A DNA stretch of 64,000 bases from an uncultured Paraprevotella sp. (lineage in GTDB: Bacteria; Bacteroidota; Bacteroidia; Bacteroidales; Bacteroidaceae): NCBI GenBank assembly GCA_944321365.1, contig CALULA010000004.1:42907-106906 (forward strand), given 5' to 3'. The position numbers were made by a program, and so were the translations under genes. This document shows positions 49,797 to 61,185 of the stretch, one piece after another (position 1 is the first letter of the stretch; every line of letters starts with the position of its first letter). Under the pieces are notes generated by a model that ran no database searches, was not told the origin of the DNA, and saw nothing but the letters and a program-made list of their open reading frames with translations.

Positions 49797-52700
49797 ATAC
49801 TTGTTGTATGTCAGCTCCGTCGTAATAGTGTTTCAGAATCTCGTCATAGTGGTAACCTTTGGCACCCATCACGGCTGCGCCGATCTGACACATGCCCACT
49901 CCGTGTCCCCAACCGGCTCCTGTCAGGGTAAATGTGCCCGGAATGTCGTCTTTTATGTCGCTTTTTTCTACGATGAATGCCGAACTATACAGGTGGTTTT
50001 TACTCAGGACACGGCGGATTTCCAGCTCTTTTCCGATGATGAGTTGCTTGAGGCTGCCGATGATCTTCAGTTTACAGATATGTCCGCCCCGTCCTCGTTC
50101 TATCGGAATGAGGTCGATAATGTTGCCGAAATCCGTTTTCAGATTATCTGTTATGAGGCCGGCCAGTTCTTGCTGGCTGTATTTTACTTTCCAGCGGTAG
50201 AAGTCATGCGTCTCACAGTCGTAGTCGTTCAACACCTGTTGCAGGATTGTTCTGTCGCTGGTGTTGCAAAACGAGGGCGGATTGCTCTGTATCCATTTCG
50301 CAGCCTCGTCCTCTCGTGTCAGGTCCGGGACGGGCGGGCGTTTTCCCCGTGTGGCGACAGGTGCTGTGTCTCTCACGCTGGACAGGTAGGGCAGATGCTT
50401 GTCTTCCCAGCAATATTCAAATTCTTCTGTCACACCGCCGCAGCATTTGGAAAAGCGGGCGTCGCAGATTTCATTGTCCGAAATCAGTATTTGTCCGCGC
50501 GTGGCCTTGACGGCCTTTTCCACGGTAGCGTTGCTGGCGCGGGTGATGCCTTGGTAGCGTTGGCAGTGGTCGTCGGCACAGACATCGAATATGGTGTGAT
50601 CTTCGCGGTCATACCAGCGCACCAGTTCACCTTCAGTCCGGTTGAACGAGAAAAAGCCGCGGTCGTTGCCGCTCATTCGTTTGCGTTTTTCCATTTGGGC
50701 ATAGAGCCAGCTGCGGCTGATGACGGCCGATGCTTTCAGAAACTCCATGGAAGCCGTGGCATTCATTTCGCTGGAAATGACGCTGACAAGGTAGGATTCT
50801 ACGGGCAATACGTTAATAGCCACGATTTTCTCTTCTTCCACTACCAGTTTCAGCGTGCCGCAGAATGTTTGGGTCTCTTGGCGTTCCCAGTGAAAGTTTA
50901 TGCCGATGGTAACCTCATGAAGTGAGAAAGATGCTGCGGGTTCCTGCGGGACGAATGCCAGTTCGCGGTACAGATTACCGTTCCACAATATGCCGCCTTC
51001 GCTGTATTCTACGGTCTGGTCTCCCCGGACGGTCTCTCCCTTGGCGGTATAGGTGGCGTTGAGTGAAAAATGGATAACCGTGCGGCTCATGATGCCAACG
51101 CTGACTTCCGGTTCACTCTGAGCGTTCTTGAGGACGTCGGCCGGCTTCTTTTCGGTCGTGGCAGACGTTTGGTCTTGTTCGCTGCGTCCGGTGATTTTTT
51201 CTGATATAGCGTCGATCTCTTCCCGGCTAAGCGTAACTTCCCGTAGAATGGAGGCCGCTTGTTCTGCTGTCAGGCGGTTGAAGTCCTCCTCGCGTGGCGT
51301 AATGAGCAATCCGCCCATATCGAGTGCTCCCGGACTGATGAGCATCTGCCTGCTCCCGGTTTGCGTGTAGCAGTCCGGCCGATGCTTTTTGCGCGGGAAA
51401 ATGATGACGACAATTTCATCTTCCCTTCCGGCATTCCATGATTGCCGCCAGGCTATGACATTCATCCGCGGCTCGTTTTCTCCTGCAAGTAAGGGAAGTG
51501 CATGGTAGAGCTTCCTGAATAAGGTGCATTCCTGTTGCTCGGTCGGAAGAGTCCGGATGACGAAAGCCGGGCATACATAGCCGCCAAGCAGATAAAGTCC
51601 GCAGTGGCTGTTTTGTGCGATCGTTTCGTCCAGTGACTGCTCTTCTCCGGGATACAAGGGGAAAAGTTTCTTTAGAGTCGTTTCATAGCTCTTCCAGTCG
51701 CGTTCTATGGGTACGATACCCCGTAGTCCGGCTTGCAGATGGGCGTGATCGGGCGCCGAGGCTCCACAGTGCGGCCCGTTGTAGAAAAAAATATGATCGG
51801 GAAGATTCCAGGCCAGTCTCTTCAGCGTTTCGAAGTGAGGCAGAATGTTTTGTGGGGTATGCCGTCGTGTGGGAATGGTGAAGTGTTCAGGAAGAATAGG
51901 GAAAGGGTTGACCAGCAGTTCGTAGCGGTTCTCTATCGGCAGGGAATTCTGTTTGGACGGGCGATTGAGGGGACACAGGAAGCAGGGCCTTTTCGACAGG
52001 TTGCGGCTGCTGATGTCGGCTGTGGTTGAATTTATGCGTGCGGGATTAAACTGGGCTGCAAGTTGATGGTCGCCTGTAGTGAGGGGCTTGACCTGTACCT
52101 GTTGCAGGTCTTCATAGCGCAGACGGGCTTCGTCCCATTCTTCCAATTGCTGTTGGAAGAACATTTCCAGTTCTTCTGCGGTGAGCTGATGTGCCCGTTG
52201 TCTGTTCAGGCGTTGCCGGGCTTTCACTTCGATAGTGCGCAGGCGGTCCTTATAAAGGTTGTTGGCATTGACTCGTTCTGTGCTCAGTGCGGCATCGGAG
52301 TTCCCTTCCCATCTGCGGCAAAGGTAGATTTCGTCATATATGCGTCCGATGCGGTAGAAACGTGAGAAGCACAGTCCCAGGGCATAGTCCTCGCCATAGC
52401 TGGTGTTGGGGACTTGTATTTGCCGCAGGACAGGGGTGAAGAAGGCGCGTGGTGCTCCCAGCCCGTTGATGCGCAGGGCGTTGTTGCGGCCGTTTTCGGG
52501 CGTCCATTCTCTGTGGTCTATGCGTCCGGGCGGGAGTGTGTGCAGGGAAAAGTCCGTCATGCGGTAAGAGCCGATGACCATGGCTGCCTTTTCCTTGTAG
52601 AAGGTGTCGACGATACGCTGCAGCGTGTCGGGCCCGCTGTACAGGTCATCTGAGTCAAGCTGTATGGCAAACCGTCCGCAGCGTGCGTCGTGTATGGCCA

Positions 52701-53682
52701 TGTTCCAGCAGCCGCCAATGCCCAAGTCATTGCGGTCGGGTATAAGGTGAATCAGACGTGGCTGGTTGGCAAACTGGCGTAATATGTCTGTCGTTCCGTC
52801 ATCGGAATGGTTGTCCACAACAATCAGGTTGAAATCGAAATCAGTCTGTTGGGAGAGGACGCTCTCTACGGCTTGTGCGATGGTCCGTGCACGGTTCTTC
52901 ACGGGAATGACTACCGTGGCTTCACAGGGAAAGTCTTCCGCATTGAAATTCACATCATCGAATTCGTCGGGAGGAAGGTAAGCCCCGATTTCTTTGAGAT
53001 GTGCCGTACAGGCTGTTTCCATCTCTGTTTGTACGGAACGGTTTTTCGGATCCACATAGTCGAAATTCTTTTCTCCGCTTTTCCGAAAATCGGTTGCCAC
53101 TTCCGTGTAGAGGGGTTCATTCAGATGGAACAGCTCTCCGTTACGGCTGAGGTATAGGCGCAGGTCGTACCAGCCGGCAAAGCGATAGTCTGGCAGTTGT
53201 TCTTGCCGCACGTAAGCTTGCAGGTATTCATTGCGTATCAGAACGAGAGGTCCGAAGTCGAAATCGTCTCGCAGGCTTCCCGGCTGGTAGTCGATGAGGG
53301 GATGCGGGACGCGAGTCGTTCCCGTTATGCTGTAATGGTCGGCATAGATCATTGCAGCCTGACTGTCGTCAGCCACGTGCAACAGGCGGTCTATGGCGTG
53401 AAATCCCAGTTCTAAGGGCAGCGGCTTCTGATAAAACAGGCAGTATTCAGTTTTACAATGTGCAGCTATGGCTTGCAGGGAGGCTGTGCTGAAAAGACTG
53501 TCTACGGGCAATAATGAGTTTTGAGCCGTAGCGGCATCTGCCCCCTTGTCAGTCGTGTATAATCCGTAAATACGGTGTATGTGTCTGCTGTTTGCCAGAA
53601 CTTGCGATAAACAGGCGAACAAATCTGCGTTCCCGTATGGGACAAAGCAGTCGATTCGAGCAGGGTATAGTGGTTTTCCCAT
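49789..53682 (-). CDS. Triple fusion: GT2 glycosyltransferase + DUF4922 (HIT-like nucleotidyltransferase) + SpoIID/LytB domain
   Basis: [24 protein letters not shown] (GT2); [23 protein letters not shown] (DUF4922); [38 protein letters not shown] (SpoIID); promoter at 53707-53714. Confidence 0.88.
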   Translation of the reverse strand: MGKPLYPARIDCFVPYGNADLFACLSQVLANSRHIHRIYGLYTTDKGADAATAQNSLLPVDSLFSTASLQAIAAHCKTEYCLFYQKPLPLELGFHAIDRLLHVADDSQAAMIYADHYSITGTTRVPHPLIDYQPGSLRDDFDFGPLVLIRNEYLQAYVRQEQLPDYRFAGWYDLRLYLSRNGELFHLNEPLYTEVATDFRKSGEKNFDYVDPKNRSVQTEMETACTAHLKEIGAYLPPDEFDDVNFNAEDFPCEATVVIPVKNRARTIAQAVESVLSQQTDFDFNLIVVDNHSDDGTTDILRQFANQPRLIHLIPDRNDLGIGGCWNMAIHDARCGRFAIQLDSDDLYSGPDTLQRIVDTFYKEKAAMVIGSYRMTDFSLHTLPPGRIDHREWTPENGRNNALRINGLGAPRAFFTPVLRQIQVPNTSYGEDYALGLCFSRFYRIGRIYDEIYLCRRWEGNSDAALSTERVNANNLYKDRLRTIEVKARQRLNRQRAHQLTAEELEMFFQQQLEEWDEARLRYEDLQQVQVKPLTTGDHQLAAQFNPARINSTTADISSRNLSKRPCFLCPLNRPSKQNSLPIENRYELLVNPFPILPEHFTIPTRRHTPQNILPHFETLKRLAWNLPDHIFFYNGPHCGASAPDHAHLQAGLRGIVPIERDWKSYETTLKKLFPLYPGEEQSLDETIAQNSHCGLYLLGGYVCPAFVIRTLPTEQQECTLFRKLYHALPLLAGENEPRMNVIAWRQSWNAGREDEIVVIIFPRKKHRPDCYTQTGSRQMLISPGALDMGGLLITPREEDFNRLTAEQAASILREVTLSREEIDAISEKITGRSEQDQTSATTEKKPADVLKNAQSEPEVSVGIMSRTVIHFSLNATYTAKGETVRGDQTVEYSEGGILWNGNLYRELAFVPQEPAASFSLHEVTIGINFHWERQETQTFCGTLKLVVEEEKIVAINVLPVESYLVSVISSEMNATASMEFLKASAVISRSWLYAQMEKRKRMSGNDRGFFSFNRTEGELVRWYDREDHTIFDVCADDHCQRYQGITRASNATVEKAVKATRGQILISDNEICDARFSKCCGGVTEEFEYCWEDKHLPYLSSVRDTAPVATRGKRPPVPDLTREDEAAKWIQSNPPSFCNTSDRTILQQVLNDYDCETHDFYRWKVKYSQQELAGLITDNLKTDFGNIIDLIPIERGRGGHICKLKIIGSLKQLIIGKELEIRRVLSKNHLYSSAFIVEKSDIKDDIPGTFTLTGAGWGHGVGMCQIGAAVMGAKGYHYDEILKHYYDGADIQQVYE

Positions 53683-53787
53683 CTTAAAATAATATATTAT
53701 TAGGTGCAAATATACTAATAGAAGTCTAATATTGTCGACAGTTTTCTCTTTTTTCCTTAACTTTGTCTGCAAAATCAAGAAGAAAAG

Positions 53788-54834
53788 ATGACCGGACAGG
53801 CTAAAATATCGTTGTTAGGAATGACGCTGGCTGAATTGAGAGGCGTGGCGGCAGAGATGGGATTACCTGTTTTTTCGGCCCGCCAAATGGCGGAATGGAT
53901 TTACGGAAAGAAGGTAAAGTCTATCGATGAAATGACAAACCTGTCGGTGAAAAACCGTGAAAGGCTTAAGGCGCATTATACTGTGGGGTGCTCAAGCCCG
54001 GCGGACGGGCAGCGTTCGGCCGATGGTACGGTGAAGTATCTTTACCGTACGGCGGGCGGTGGATATGTGGAAACGGTCTATATTCCGGATGGAGACAGAG
54101 CCACATTGTGTGTCTCTTCTCAGGTAGGCTGTCGGATGAATTGTCGTTTTTGCATGACAGGCAAGCAGGGATTCGCAGGAAATCTGACGGCTACGGATAT
54201 CTTGAATCAGCTGTATTCATTGCCGGAGCGAGACACGCTGACGAATGTTGTCTTTATGGGACAAGGAGAACCATTGGATAATCTGGAAGAGGTGTTGCGT
54301 GCAACGGATATCTTGACGGCGGATTACGGTTATGCCTGGAGTCCGAAGAGAATCACCGTGTCTACGGTAGGGCTACGCAAGGGCTTGAGACGCTTTTTGG
54401 ATGAGAGTGAATGCCATTTGGCTGTCAGCCTTCATAATCCTTTTCCGGAGCAGCGGGCAGCGTTGATGCCTGCGGAAAAGAGTTTCGGCATTCATGAAAT
54501 AGTAACCTTGTTGAAGACGTATGACTTTACACATCAGCGTCGCCTTTCGTTTGAATATACAATGTTCGATGGCGTAAACGATACTATGGCGCATGCCCGT
54601 GAGCTGCTGAGGCTGTTGAGCGGATTGGAATGCCGGATTAATCTGATTCGTTTCCACCCCATTCCCGGAAGCGAGCTGAACGGCACGCCAGAGGAGCGGA
54701 TGCTGCAGTTTAGGGACTATCTGACTCGTCATGGCATATTCACAACCGTGCGGGCTTCGCGCGGGCAAGACATATTCGCCGCATGTGGCTTGTTAAGTAC
54801 GGCGAAACAACAGGAACAGAATCTCAAAAAATAG
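53788..54834 (+). CDS. rlmN: 23S rRNA/tRNA adenine C2-methyltransferase RlmN
   Basis: [28 protein letters not shown]; promoter at 53758-53765. Confidence 0.97.
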   Translation: MTGQAKISLLGMTLAELRGVAAEMGLPVFSARQMAEWIYGKKVKSIDEMTNLSVKNRERLKAHYTVGCSSPADGQRSADGTVKYLYRTAGGGYVETVYIPDGDRATLCVSSQVGCRMNCRFCMTGKQGFAGNLTATDILNQLYSLPERDTLTNVVFMGQGEPLDNLEEVLRATDILTADYGYAWSPKRITVSTVGLRKGLRRFLDESECHLAVSLHNPFPEQRAALMPAEKSFGIHEIVTLLKTYDFTHQRRLSFEYTMFDGVNDTMAHARELLRLLSGLECRINLIRFHPIPGSELNGTPEERMLQFRDYLTRHGIFTTVRASRGQDIFAACGLLSTAKQQEQNLKK

Positions 54835-54841
54835 AAAGGAT

Positions 54842-55897
54842 ATGAGAAGAAGTTGGATTATTTTTAGAAGTTGGCTGTTATTGTCATTCTTGATGATGCT
54901 GGCAGCTTGTGACCACTTCACTACGCCAACCTCCAGCGGACGGCCGTACGAGGTGCTGGTGGTGATTGATAATCAGATGTGGGAACGTCCGTCAGGGCGC
55001 GCCTTGTTTGGTGTGCTGGATATGGATGTTCCGGGACTTCCGCAGCCGGAGCGTTCTTTCCGGATTTCACAGACGGATCCGAAACGCTTCAGTCAGGCGA
55101 TGAGGCTCTTCAGAAGTATTATTAAGGTAGAGATTGACTCTACGCAATATACTCAGTCAAAGATGAAATTCTCCCGCAATGTCTATGCCCGTCCACAGGT
55201 GATTCTGACCATTCAAAGTCCTAATGAACGCGAGTTTGCCTCCTTCGTGCAGAAAAATACACAGAACATCATTGATTTCTTGGTTCGTATAGAGATGAAC
55301 CGTCAGATTAATGAACTGCAGGATAAGCATTCAGAACTTGTCTCGCAATTGGCACAACAGCTTTTCAATTGCCAGTTGTGCGCTCCGCCTGAGATACAGA
55401 GTTATAAAAAAGGAAAAGACTTTTTCTGGGCTTCTTCCAACAGCGCCTCGGCAATGGTGAACATTTGCATGTATTCTTATCCTTATGAAGGGCCACAAAC
55501 TTTTAACAAACAGTATGTGTTGGCCAAGAGGGATTCTGTGATGAAAGTGAATATTCCCGGTGCGGAACCTTATATGTATATGACGACTGACACCTTGTGT
55601 ACGGCTGTGAAACCTATAGTCGTAAAGGATAATTATGCAATGGAAATCCGTGGTCTGTGGCAGATGGAGCGTGACGCTATGGGAGGACCGTTTGTGAGTC
55701 ACTCACGGGTGGACACCGCGGCCAACCGAGTGGTGGTGGTAGAAGGCTTTGTCTACGCACCTGAAAAGATGAAACGCGGACTGATACGGCGTCTGGAGGC
55801 TGCCCTCTACACGCTTTGTCTGCCGGGGGAACAGCAGCGTGAGCTGAAAGCTAATATTCCGGAGGTGACCGTTGTGGTGAATGAGAAAAACGAATAA
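54842..55897 (+). CDS. DUF4837 family lipoprotein
   Basis: LAAC lipobox; SSGRPYEVLVV, PGLPQPE, MGGPFVS, EGFVYAP. Confidence 0.8.
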   Translation: MRRSWIIFRSWLLLSFLMMLAACDHFTTPTSSGRPYEVLVVIDNQMWERPSGRALFGVLDMDVPGLPQPERSFRISQTDPKRFSQAMRLFRSIIKVEIDSTQYTQSKMKFSRNVYARPQVILTIQSPNEREFASFVQKNTQNIIDFLVRIEMNRQINELQDKHSELVSQLAQQLFNCQLCAPPEIQSYKKGKDFFWASSNSASAMVNICMYSYPYEGPQTFNKQYVLAKRDSVMKVNIPGAEPYMYMTTDTLCTAVKPIVVKDNYAMEIRGLWQMERDAMGGPFVSHSRVDTAANRVVVVEGFVYAPEKMKRGLIRRLEAALYTLCLPGEQQRELKANIPEVTVVVNEKNE

Positions 55898-55912
55898 TAT
55901 CAAAGATAGATT

Positions 55913-57004
55913 ATGAAGAATGGTAAAATATTGGTGGGGATCACCCACGGTGATATCAATGGTATAGGATATGAGATTATTCTGAAACTGTTTAGCGAGC
56001 CGATGATGCTGGATCTGTGTATACCTATTATATATGGATCGCCCAAGGTCGCCACTTATCATCGCAAGGCGATGGAATTGACCACGAACTTTGTGACGAT
56101 ACAGCAGGCGGAAGAAGCCGCGGAGGGCCGTCTGAATCTGGTCGATTGTCTGCCGGATGAGGTGAAGATCGATTTCGGCCAACCGTCTGTCGAGAGCGGG
56201 AAAGCAGCCTTGAATTCATTGGAACGGGCTTTGAAAGATTATCGTGCCGGATTGTTTGATGTGCTGGTCACGGCACCGATCAATAAGGCTGCCATACAAA
56301 GTGAGACGTTTCACTTCCCCGGACATACGGAATATATACAGGAACGTGCGGGTGAGGGCCATGAAGCCCTGATGATTCTGATGAACGATGTGTTGCGCGT
56401 TGCGCTGGTGACTACGCATTTGCCTCTCCGGGATGTGGCACAAGCCATAACCAAAGATGCCATTGTGCGTAAAGTCAGAATCTTTTATGAAGCATTGCGT
56501 AAAGATTTCAGCGTATCAACGCCGCGTATTGCCATATTGGCTCTGAATCCTCATGCCGGTGATGACGGCTTGTTGGGAACAGAAGAGAAAGAAATTATCC
56601 TTCCTGCTATTCAGGATTTAGAGAAAGAAGGCATTATTTGTTTCGGCCCGTATGCAGCCGATGGCTTTTTCGGTAATCGTACTTATGAATATTTTGACGG
56701 CGTGCTGGCCATGTATCACGATCAGGGATTGGCACCGTTCAAGGTGCTGGCTATGGAGAACGGTGTGAATTATACAGCCGGACTCCCCATCATACGCACC
56801 TCTCCCGACCATGGAACAGCCTATGACATTGCGGGGCAAGGCAAAGCGGATGAGACGTCCTTGCGGCAGGCCGTCTATACGGCTATGGACATTTACCGTA
56901 ATCGTTTGCGGTATGAGGAGGCGCATGCACATCCTTTGCGCAAGCAGTTCCATGAGAAACGGGACGATAGTGACAAACTTAAGCTGAATGCACCGGAAGA
57001 ATAG
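55913..57004 (+). CDS. pdxA: 4-hydroxythreonine-4-phosphate dehydrogenase
   Basis: GDINGIGYE, VTAPINK, NPHAG, AMYHDQG, RTSPDHGTAYDIAG. Confidence 0.96.
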   Translation: MKNGKILVGITHGDINGIGYEIILKLFSEPMMLDLCIPIIYGSPKVATYHRKAMELTTNFVTIQQAEEAAEGRLNLVDCLPDEVKIDFGQPSVESGKAALNSLERALKDYRAGLFDVLVTAPINKAAIQSETFHFPGHTEYIQERAGEGHEALMILMNDVLRVALVTTHLPLRDVAQAITKDAIVRKVRIFYEALRKDFSVSTPRIAILALNPHAGDDGLLGTEEKEIILPAIQDLEKEGIICFGPYAADGFFGNRTYEYFDGVLAMYHDQGLAPFKVLAMENGVNYTAGLPIIRTSPDHGTAYDIAGQGKADETSLRQAVYTAMDIYRNRLRYEEAHAHPLRKQFHEKRDDSDKLKLNAPEE

Positions 57005-57005
57005 C

Positions 57006-58022
57006 ATGAAGTCTTTGTATAGAAACATCTTTCTGGTTATTGGTGTGGTGGCTATAGTCATCATGCTGTGCACTTCGGATTTGTCTTACGAAGAGATGTG
57101 GGCCAACATACGACGTGCGGGATATTGGTTCCCGGCTGTCGTCTTTCTGTGGGCACTCATTTACTTGGTGAATGCATGGTCGTGGTCGGTGATCATCAAT
57201 GACGGGGAAGCGCCTAAGGTTCCTTTCCGGACGGTTTACAAATACACCATCAGCGGATACGCCTTGAATTACGTCACTCCTGTGGGATTATTGGGCGGGG
57301 AGCCTTACCGCATCATGGAGCTTACGCCTTATGTGGGGGCTTCTAAGGCCACATCCAGTGTGATTCTATATGCGATGATGCATATTTTTTCCCATTTGTG
57401 TTTTTGGGGCTTCTCCATCTTGCTTTATCTAGTGTTTTATGGGCGGAACATGTCCGCAGGAATGGCTTTTTTCCTGTTGGTCTGTGCGGTTTTCTGTGGA
57501 CTGGCCATTTATTTCTTTCTGAAAGGGTATAAAAATGGGCTGGCCATGAGAGTGCTGCGTTTCCTTTCTCATATTCCGGGGCTTAGAGGACGGCTGACTC
57601 GTTTTATTGTGAACAAAGAAGATTCCATACGTAAGGTGGATGCTCAGATTGCCGAGCTGCATGCGCAGCGTAAGTCTACTTTTTATTTGTCTCTTTTTCT
57701 GGAGTTTGGTGCGCGTGTGGCCGGGTGTCTTGAAGTGCAGTTTATCCTGCTGATTCTGACAGACCATGTTTCTTTCCTTAACTGTCTGCTGATTCAGGCT
57801 TTCACATCCTTGTTTTCCAATTTGTTCTTCTTCGTTCCCATGAGTATGGGAGCGCGTGAAGGTGGTTTTGCGCTGGCTGTCGGCGGACTGTCTATGGCCG
57901 GTGCTTATGGGGTGTACACCAGTCTGATTGTGCGTATCCGTGAACTGATATGGATAGCTATCGGGTTGTTGTTGATAAAGATCGGCAATAAATCCCCGTT
58001 GCAGGCTCAGAAGGTTGATTGA
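57006..58022 (+). CDS. Lysylphosphatidylglycerol synthase TM / UPF0104 flippase-like membrane protein
   Basis: NYVTPVGLLGGEPYR, VPMSMGAREGG, multiple TM helices. Confidence 0.8.
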   Translation: MKSLYRNIFLVIGVVAIVIMLCTSDLSYEEMWANIRRAGYWFPAVVFLWALIYLVNAWSWSVIINDGEAPKVPFRTVYKYTISGYALNYVTPVGLLGGEPYRIMELTPYVGASKATSSVILYAMMHIFSHLCFWGFSILLYLVFYGRNMSAGMAFFLLVCAVFCGLAIYFFLKGYKNGLAMRVLRFLSHIPGLRGRLTRFIVNKEDSIRKVDAQIAELHAQRKSTFYLSLFLEFGARVAGCLEVQFILLILTDHVSFLNCLLIQAFTSLFSNLFFFVPMSMGAREGGFALAVGGLSMAGAYGVYTSLIVRIRELIWIAIGLLLIKIGNKSPLQAQKVD

Positions 58023-58120
58023 TGAGGACATGGGAAGCGTTAGTTTTTTTGGGGAAAAGTTGTGTCACACCGGATTTTTTTATGTAATTTTGTCCGTAAT
58101 AGCATTTTAGGAACGAATAT

Positions 58121-59365
58121 ATGAATACATCTGATGTTCAGGCTCAGAAGCGGAGATATGGCATTGTCGGCAATTCCGAGGGGTTGAATCATGCTGTGGA
58201 TATAGCCTTACAGGTAGCAAAGACGGAGCTCTCCGTATTGATTACCGGTGAAAGTGGTGTGGGAAAGGAGGTGATACCCCGCATTATTCATGATAACAGT
58301 TTGCGCAAGAGCAAGAAATATTTTGCCGTGAACTGTGGTTCGATTCCTGAAGGCACCATCGATTCGGAGTTGTTTGGGCATGAGAAAGGGGCTTTTACCG
58401 GAGCGGTCGGCGAGCGTGAGGGCTATTTCGGTGCTGCCAACGGAGGAACATTGTTTCTGGATGAAGTGGGAGAGTTGCCTCTGGCCACGCAGGCCCGTCT
58501 GCTCAGAGTGCTGGAAACAGGAGAATATATCCGGGTAGGGTCGAGCGATGTGCGCAAGACCGATGTGCGTATCGTGGCGGCTACGAACGTCAATATGGTG
58601 CAGGCCATTCGCGATGGACGTTTTCGTGAAGATCTGTTCTATCGTCTGAATACGATTCCTATCAAGATGCCTGCTTTGCGTGAGCGTGGCGATGATGTGG
58701 TGCTGCTCTTCAAGAAGTTTGCGATGGACACGGCGGAGAAGTATAATATGCCTGATCCTGTTGAGCTGACCGAGGCCGCGCAGCAGCGATTGAAAAGCTA
58801 TCCCTGGCCGGGTAACGTGCGTCAGCTGAAGAATGTGACGGAGCAGATTTCCATTTTGTCGCGTGAGCGGGTGATTACGCCGGAGATTCTTTCGGAATAT
58901 ATTCCGGATACACCGGTTACGCGCGATATTGTGCCGGTGAATGCGCCGCGGAAAGAGACGCACAGTTTTGAGAGTGAGCGCGAGCTGCTGTATAAGATCC
59001 TGTTCGACCTGCGCAACGATGTGACTGAATTGAAGAAACTGGTCAATGAGCGGCGTGGAGAACATACGGCTCCGGTCGTTTCGGCAGAAAAAGTGTCCGG
59101 CGAGCAGGCGGTGACCTATTATCCGTCAAAAGTGCCGGCTTATCCGGTGTCATCACATACGCTGAAAGGAGATGAAGACTTCCAGACACCTGAAGAATAT
59201 GTGGAGGAGTCCGTTTCGTTGGATGATTTGGAACGCCAGATGATAGTGAAAGCTTTGGAAAAAAATAAAGGTAAAAGACGGAAAGCGGCTCAGGAGTTGA
59301 ATATATCTGAGCGGACGCTTTACCGTAAAATCAAGGAGTATGGCTTGGACAAGGAGAATTTGTAG
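58121..59365 (+). CDS. Sigma-54-interacting AAA+ regulator with Fis HTH and no sensory domain
   Basis: GESGVGKE, GAFTGA, LFLDEVGE, FREDLFYRL, WPGNVRQL, C-terminal HTH; promoter at 58085-58092. Confidence 0.93.
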   Translation: MNTSDVQAQKRRYGIVGNSEGLNHAVDIALQVAKTELSVLITGESGVGKEVIPRIIHDNSLRKSKKYFAVNCGSIPEGTIDSELFGHEKGAFTGAVGEREGYFGAANGGTLFLDEVGELPLATQARLLRVLETGEYIRVGSSDVRKTDVRIVAATNVNMVQAIRDGRFREDLFYRLNTIPIKMPALRERGDDVVLLFKKFAMDTAEKYNMPDPVELTEAAQQRLKSYPWPGNVRQLKNVTEQISILSRERVITPEILSEYIPDTPVTRDIVPVNAPRKETHSFESERELLYKILFDLRNDVTELKKLVNERRGEHTAPVVSAEKVSGEQAVTYYPSKVPAYPVSSHTLKGDEDFQTPEEYVEESVSLDDLERQMIVKALEKNKGKRRKAAQELNISERTLYRKIKEYGLDKENL

Positions 59366-59870
59366 ACTGTGCGGCATATCGGCATTGGTGTCGGGAATGA
59401 TGGTGTTGGCGGCTTGTTCCATTTCTTACAAGTTCAATGGAGCGTCTATTGACTACACCAAGACGAAGACCATTCAGATTTCACAATTCCCCATTCGTTC
59501 GGCATACGTCTGGGCCCCCATGCAGGCTATTTTCAACAATCAGCTGACAGATATCTATGCACGCCAGACAAAGTTGCAGCAGGTGAACCGTAACGGCGAC
59601 TTGCAGCTGTCGGGCGAGATCGTGGAGTACAGTCAGTTCAATAAAGCTGTTTCGGCTGACGGTTATTCTGCCCAGGTTCAGTTGAAAATGACAGTTAATG
59701 TGCGCTTTGTGAACAATGCCAATCATGATGAGGACTTTGAACAGAAGTTCAGTGCAACGACTCAGTATGACTCTTCTCAGCAGCTGACTGCCGTTCAGGA
59801 GGAGCTGGTTACGCAAATGGTGGAGGATATAGTAGATCAAATCTTTAACGCCACAGTGGCAAATTGGTAA
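59340..59870 (+). CDS. lptE: LPS assembly lipoprotein LptE
   Basis: LAAC lipobox; ASIDYTKTKTI, LQLSGEI, DIVDQIFNATVANW. Confidence 0.85.
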   Translation: MAWTRRICRLCGISALVSGMMVLAACSISYKFNGASIDYTKTKTIQISQFPIRSAYVWAPMQAIFNNQLTDIYARQTKLQQVNRNGDLQLSGEIVEYSQFNKAVSADGYSAQVQLKMTVNVRFVNNANHDEDFEQKFSATTQYDSSQQLTAVQEELVTQMVEDIVDQIFNATVANW

Positions 59871-59877
59871 GAGGCGT

Positions 59878-60621
59878 ATGGAGTTGAGTTTGTCTGAGTA
59901 TATCAAACATCCGGAGCTGTTGGACAAGAACTCTCTTGGAAGACTGCAGAAGTTGGTGGCTGATTTCCCTTATTTCCAACCGGCCCGGTTGCTTTACTTG
60001 CGTAATCTTTATCAGTTGCATGACGCTGCATTTGATAAAGAGTTGCGGCGTGCTGCTTTTTTCCTGTCAGACCGTAAGGCACTCTTTTTGTTGATTGAGG
60101 GCATGCATTACCGGTTGGAACCGCAGAAGAAGCATCAGCCCAAGGCCGTGGCTTCAGGCGGGGAAGCGGACCGCACCTATTCGCTTATCAGCGATTTTCT
60201 GGCTAATCTGCCTGAAGAGAAGCCCCGACGTCCCAAGCCTGTAGATGCTTCCACTGATTATATGGCCTATCTGCTGCAAAATGAGGAACTGCCCGATGTG
60301 ATGGCGTCTGTTCCCCGCATGCAGCATCAGGAGCTCATCGATGATTTTATAGGGCAGGGAGATAAGCGAATTGTGCTGACTCAGCGTTCCGATGAGGAGA
60401 TGCAGCTGCCGGAACTTCCTGAAGAGAATGAAAATGCGGAAGAAGAGGACTATTTCACGGAGACGTTGGCCAAAATCTATATAAAACAAGGCCGATATAC
60501 GAAAGCTATGGAAATAATCAGGCGTTTAAGCTTGAAATATCCAAAAAAAAATCGTTACTTTGCAGACCAGATTAGATTTTTGGAGAAATTGATCATAAAT
60601 AATAAGAATAAAAAAGCGTAA
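59878..60621 (+). CDS. TPR-like hypothetical protein
   Basis: PYFQPARLLYL; TETLAKIYIKQGRYTKAMEIIRRLSLKYPKKNRYFADQI helical repeat. Confidence 0.75.
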   Translation: MELSLSEYIKHPELLDKNSLGRLQKLVADFPYFQPARLLYLRNLYQLHDAAFDKELRRAAFFLSDRKALFLLIEGMHYRLEPQKKHQPKAVASGGEADRTYSLISDFLANLPEEKPRRPKPVDASTDYMAYLLQNEELPDVMASVPRMQHQELIDDFIGQGDKRIVLTQRSDEEMQLPELPEENENAEEEDYFTETLAKIYIKQGRYTKAMEIIRRLSLKYPKKNRYFADQIRFLEKLIINNKNKKA

Positions 60622-60623
60622 AA

Positions 60624-61046
60624 ATGTACACATTATTGGTTATTCTCATCGTTATTGTTGCGATTCTGATGTGTCTGATCGTACTCATTCAGGAATCCAA
60701 AGGCGGCGGTCTGGCATCCAGTTTTTCTGCCTCCAATCAGATCATGGGCGTGCGGAAGACTACAGATCTGGTGGAGAAGATTACGTGGGGACTGGCTGCG
60801 GCCATGGTGGTGTTCAGCGTGATGTCGGTGTTTTTCATCCCCACACTTCATACTGAAGAGTCTATCATGATGAAGTCTGCCACAGAGCAAAAGGCTGTCA
60901 ATTCCAATAACTTGCCGGGATTCGGTGCCAGTCAGCCGCAAACGAATGCAACAGGACAGAGCGCTCCCGCGCAAGGGACGTCTGCCGCTCCGGCCGCAGC
61001 AGGTGATGCTGCTCCGGCTCAGAATGCCGCGACGCCTGCACAGTAA
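60624..61046 (+). CDS. secG: Preprotein translocase subunit SecG
   Basis: VLIQESKGGGLASSF, DLVEKITW, two TM helices, Ala/Pro/Gln-rich tail. Confidence 0.95.
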   Translation: MYTLLVILIVIVAILMCLIVLIQESKGGGLASSFSASNQIMGVRKTTDLVEKITWGLAAAMVVFSVMSVFFIPTLHTEESIMMKSATEQKAVNSNNLPGFGASQPQTNATGQSAPAQGTSAAPAAAGDAAPAQNAATPAQ

Positions 61047-61185
61047 ACAGCCTGGTCTGTCAGGGAATTGGACTACAGGTCGTGAGAATAAGACATTGTC
61101 GCCTTTCTGCAGAGAGGTGATGCGTTATAAAGGAGGAAGATGCCGCAAGGTTTCTTCCTTTTTTTGTATGTATATGGTATTTTCT

